Source: Nemertoderma westbladi (Eukaryota > Animalia > Xenacoelomorpha). From it: a DNA stretch of 37,756 nucleotides. The notes under the pieces were generated by a model. That model was not told the DNA's origin, did no database searches, and was given only the letters and a program-made list of their open reading frames with translations. Made by a program: the position numbers and the translations under genes. This document shows, piece by piece, positions 33,450-37,756 of the stretch (its first letter is position 1; every line of letters begins with the position of its first letter). Location: the NCBI GenBank assembly GCA_032718475.1, contig JAUCBJ010006979.1, forward strand, positions 1 through 37,756, given 5' to 3'.

Positions 33450-34472
33450 ACTGACTAGAGGAAGTCGCTAGGAAAGAGGGGAGGGAGGCAGCAGGTAGAG
33501 AGGCAGATATAAGGGGAGGGGAATATGATTTTGAGGCCCAAGATTTGGATGAGTTGAGGTGGGGATTGGAGGCCTCGGGTGAGTTTCGGCTAGGGATGAG
33601 GTGGATTGGATGGAAGAGATACCGATACAGTCAACATCTGGACTGCAGGGAATGCCGATACCTGGGGGGACCGAGGGCGACTTTGGGAGGAAGAGACCGA
33701 GAGCGATGGAGGGGTGGAGGGTTACGGGCGAGTACCAGGCCGGGAAGGGACATGGTGGATCAACCAGGATCCCGGGCTTGGAACCGCTTGTGGCAGAGGA
33801 AGTAGAGGAGGACGAGTTCGGAGAGATGCCGCCGATAGCAGATAGAGAGGATCGGCCGGCCGGACACGGTCTGGGTGTACGGGAGAGTGGTGACAGCCAG
33901 CGGGGCGAGAGCCTTCTGGGACGCACCCGGCAAGCGAGCCTGGGAGCACAGGGAGCCGTCGTCCGGCAAACACGATTCGGCTAGGCGAGCAACCAGGGGT
34001 GGCACCACAAGTAGTATTTGGGGAGACGATGCCGAGGGAAGAGGATGGCATCGACATGGGTAGGGACGATAAGGTGGAAATGTTGATGTATCAACGGCTC
34101 CATAGACCCAGGAGGCTACGCGGAGCCAAGGATGAGTGTGACAGACAGTGATAGACGGTTGCGACTACTGTGGGAGATTAACCCATCAGCAGAAGAATTG
34201 TCTGTATCGTTACCAAACAGCCAAAAGGGGGCGACATGTCTATATTGTCACGAGTCTACCGATAGAATGGGCGCATGCCCGAGGCTGCACCATAGGTGTA
34301 CGAAGTGTAAGTTTAGGGGGCATTTTGAGCGCCAGTGCGACTGGATCGACAATGAGGAGAAGTTCCGTATTTACGAGGACTGGGCCGACGTCGGAGTCAT
34401 GAATAGGCAAAGGATGAAGGCCCAGAGGAGTTCCGGTGGGGGTTTTTCAACATCACCAGGAGATTACTAAGA
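33450..34472 (+). pseudogene. Degenerate accessory ORF, copy C (linker and triple zinc-knuckle module), 5' part
   Basis: CDYCGRLTHQQKNC, CLYC.....RMGACPRLHHRCTKCKFRGHFERQC...YEDWADVG..R.R....WGFF across frameshifts; collinear with copies A and B. Confidence 0.7.
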
Positions 34473-34480
34473 GGAGACTA

Positions 34481-36653
34481 CAGGCCCGTATCGTGCGGGG
34501 GGGCTTTGGGGGCACTGCCCCCCCAGACAAGTCCCACTGCCCCCGCAGACATGTCTTGTTCACTCGTCTTGTTCACAATTAATTTAAGTTGACAGTGTTG
34601 ACCCCAGTGATCAATATTATTGGATACACATTGATACACTTATAATAGGAGGATACACACTTCTACACACTGGTGGCATTGCCTGACTCCCTACCATCCC
34701 ATTTTGGTCCAATAATACTACATGACATTAACCTACCTACATGTAAATTACTAACAGTACCCGAAAGCTCCAGGTTCTCTCATTGGCTACCAGGGCGGAG
34801 GGGTTGTTTGTCTAATTGTCTGCAATTTGGGAAATTTGGGAAAAGCTTGCAGCTAAAAGGCTAGGCGCTGAGGGTTGCTTGCGCTGGTATCCATATCTAT
34901 AATTTGTTGTAACTTAACCTTAACCATATTATACCTGAAGTGGGTCCTTAGCACAGCACGTGACATAAACTTATGTAAGTGCCAACTCGAAAGAAATATA
35001 AGCAAAATCTAAGCAGATATCCCTTGATCACTTTACACCTAGAGGCAGTCTGGAATATTGCAGTCGATCTTTAAGACCTCAGAAAAAGTTTAAATGACAC
35101 AGCTAATACTACTACTACTTCTAGGATCGGCATGCTGCATTGCAGCTGCATTTTTAAGAATGCTGTGCCGGCTTGTCAACAAAATTGCACCGCCACAACT
35201 CCCTATCACCCATGACATTTGCTAGATCATCCGCATCTTTAAGGCCAGTGTCCTTTAAGATGCGTCTCAAGAAAGTCATGGGCTGTCCACCATGCTTATT
35301 CACTCCATGAGGCTGCCAAAGTACAAGATTATGCACTGGCTGGTCCTCACGGCGAAAGCAATGTCCTGCAAAGCGGAGGCATTTTGTTCTAGTGTCAAGC
35401 TTGGGGGAACCAATGAGACACCTCCAATGTTATATAGTGTCTGGTTGGAGATGTGTGCATTGTACTTGACACAATGAACTTGGCGTAGCATTCTTGTGAA
35501 TGTGCTATCCAGAGATTTGGTGTCCTCAGCAGTTAGAGCCCAGCATGGACTCCCGTAGAGGAGTACTGGAACTACTGCTGCTCTAAATAATCGGACCTTA
35601 AGTTTCCGATTAATTCTCGGTGACTTCCAAATCCTGGAAAGCCTATTCAAGGCTGCCCATGCCTTTCCCTTACGTATTCGAAGGTCCTCACCTGACTTCC
35701 GGATCCATGATCCCAGGTAACAGAAGTCGTCCACATGCTCAAGCATACCATCCTTTGAGCTTATGCTCATCCGATCAGAGACTTGCTGAGGACTTTCAAA
35801 GTTAACTGTCAGAATTTTGGTCTTTCTGGAGTTAATAAAAAGACCAACACTAGAAGCAGCATGTTCTAATGAGCTGAGGAGCCGTTGGGCTCCCTCTAAT
35901 GATTCTGAGAGTACTCCTAAGTCATCAGCAAAGTCTAGATCAGTTAGGTACTTGGCAGGATTTCCTCGACTTCTGGAGCCAGTAGGTGGAGTTATCATCA
36001 CCCCATCATCATTATGATGATCTAAGGACATGCGTAGAACATAGTCAACCACAATAATGAACAAGAATGGTGCAAGTGTGTCTCCTTGGAGGACGCCCCA
36101 TAACACTTCAAATGGTTCTGTGTCACCGTCAACAGTAGACACAAATGTTGTCGAACCATCGTCTAGTACAATGGTCTAGTACAATTCTGCCAAGTTTCCG
36201 CTTTAACGGATTAAAAGCAAAGAAATGGGACGACATTTATTGTTTAGACAAGTAGCCATCTAGCAGGAAGACTGTTGAACTGTTGGTGTCAAAAGTCGCT
36301 AAATAATGTCAAGTTTTGGACATATTTATGCCTACAAATTTTCAATTCGACAGCTTTAAATCTGACAAAGTTATTTTAAAAAGTTAAAGAATGTTACGTT
36401 AATTAAATCGTTACGTCAACAACTAGATATTTGCCATTATTGACATACTCCAACAGTGTCAGTTCGCCAAGGCTCCGCCAATTTCGTGGCTCGCCCCATA
36501 CACCGTTCAACAATATTGATTATATTTATGTACTAAATTAACTCTCACTTTGTTGTATGCTCCCCAAATCCCAGTAATGGGTTTGCCCCCCCAGATTTGT
36601 CCTCTGCCCCCCCCCCCCCCCCCCCCAGATATTATGATCACCATACGGGCCTG
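34481..36653. mobile_element. Non-autonomous hAT element with 8-bp TSD, carrying a LINE fragment
   Basis: 11-bp TIRs CAGGCCCGTAT / ATACGGGCCTG; TSD GGAGACTA at 34473-34480 and 36654-36661; TGCCCCCC subterminal motifs. Confidence 0.92.
35103..36165 (-). mobile_element. 5'-truncated RTE-like non-LTR retrotransposon (RT C-terminal half)
   Basis: GVLQGDTLAPFLF, LDFADDL, FCYLGSWI, KVRLFRAAVVPVLLYG; frameshift near 35370; (AGT)n 3' tail at ~35103-35119. Confidence 0.9.
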
Positions 36654-36661
36654 GGAGACTA

Positions 36662-37265
36662 GCATTCACATATCAGGAGGTAGCGACAGCGGCATCACAT
36701 GGAGGGGTTATTAACACCCAAAGATATCTCGACAGATGGTCGCCAGAACAGGATGGAATTCAGGAACTTTCTGGCGGAGCATGTGCCGCGTGGAATGAAG
36801 ATGATCATGTGGGACGCTACCAGAGGGAAGCAGGAGGGGCACTCAGTGGGACCGCCGGCGAAACGATACCGTGAAATGATAGCGCCCGCGCCCAAGGATC
36901 CAACTACGGGGCTTGGCAAGACGGTATCAGTGCGGATGAGTAGCCTGAAGGGTAAACACGAGGAAAGAAAACGCCCGAGACAGGACGATGATAGGGGCAA
37001 GGAGATGAGTAATAATGATGGTAATAATTAATATATTGAATTCAGTAATTATGTATTAATAGGTATTAATTATTTATGTATGTATTTTACAGTATATCAA
37101 TCGGTGCTGAATTAGTATCACATAGAACTTGGATTTAGGGTAGTAGATAGGCCTACTGTTTGTAATTTATTTCACCAATTAATTTGGTAGCGGTTGGTTT
37201 GTATTATTTTATTATTGTAATTATTAAGTACACCTTGTACGGAGTTAGAGCACACAAGGTCATTG
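36662..37265 (+). pseudogene. 3' continuation of accessory ORF copy C and its BEL-like 3' UTR
   Basis: Joined across the hAT TSD it reads RRLAFTYQEV (compare TLPFHYMDL in copy B); basic tail RKRPR; ends in stem-loop ACCTTGT/ACAAGGT plus AAGGTCATTG, as at 25948-25957. Confidence 0.55.
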
Positions 37266-37507
37266 AACCTTAGCGTAGCATACAGTTTTAGAACCGACCA
37301 AATAGGCAATGTACGCAAATGTTTGAATATATTAATTTTGGTAAACATTGATTGCTCTTTGTATAGCCAACTCTAAACAAAATATTTTGGAAAGATATAT
37401 AAAGTTACCCAAAACCCGTTTCATATATCTAATTAATAAAAATTTGATTCGAAATTATCCCGATTCCCAAATTAGGGATCCCGGGAGTGGAAATCCCGAA
37501 ATGTCTG

Positions 37508-37701
37508 ATCCCGTTACACTAACTACACACTACAAACATAATACATTTCATCAAATTTCCACGAGCTGTTAATGAGATATTGACGATCAAAATTTGATCC
37601 TGGCAGAGAGAGGGACAATGCCAATTTGTCCATTCTAAACTGTAAGGTTCATTCACTTCGTGGCTCGCCCCTTAGCTTGTTATTGATTATGTTATTGTTG
37701 A
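37508..37701 (+). repeat. Second copy of the 3' end of the HINE-like element (8114-8303)
   Basis: Near-identical 190-bp direct repeat ending CACTTCGTGGCTCGCCCCTTAG..TTATTGATTATGTTATTGTTGA. Confidence 0.9.
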
Positions 37702-37756
37702 CAGCCGCGTAGCCAGGAATTTCCTACGGTAGGGTCCCAGACCCCAAATTGTAATT

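Overview
Eukaryotic (invertebrate-like), repeat-dense genomic DNA dominated by nested transposable elements. The centre is an 18-kb BEL/Pao LTR retrotransposon (9394-27457, TGTAG target-site duplication) with a decayed gag-pol. It is interrupted by a truncated SINE and by a young, intact, opposite-strand Ty3/Gypsy-type element (16554-20942) with atypical TA...TA ends and a primer-binding site matching the 5' end of tRNA-Ile. The main result is the ORF in the env position of the BEL element: a ~870-codon gene for a DEDDy/WRN-type 3'-5' exonuclease fused to a triple CCHC zinc-knuckle module and a basic tail. Two further, highly diverged homologues lie in the same window (1066-2841, and 33450-37031 split by a hAT insertion), each followed by a similar stem-loop (with a PPT-like tract in the first case). 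This points to an old, diversified BEL lineage carrying a nuclease accessory gene. The BEL LTRs hold a variable-copy array of cUUCGg-capped hairpins. Other content: two hAT-type elements, a Tc1/mariner-type MITE, an RTE-like LINE fragment, a ~3-kb head-to-head Helentron/DINE-like repeat pair, minisatellites and a probably disrupted host C2H2 zinc-finger gene. All calls come from reading motifs by eye; no database searches were run.
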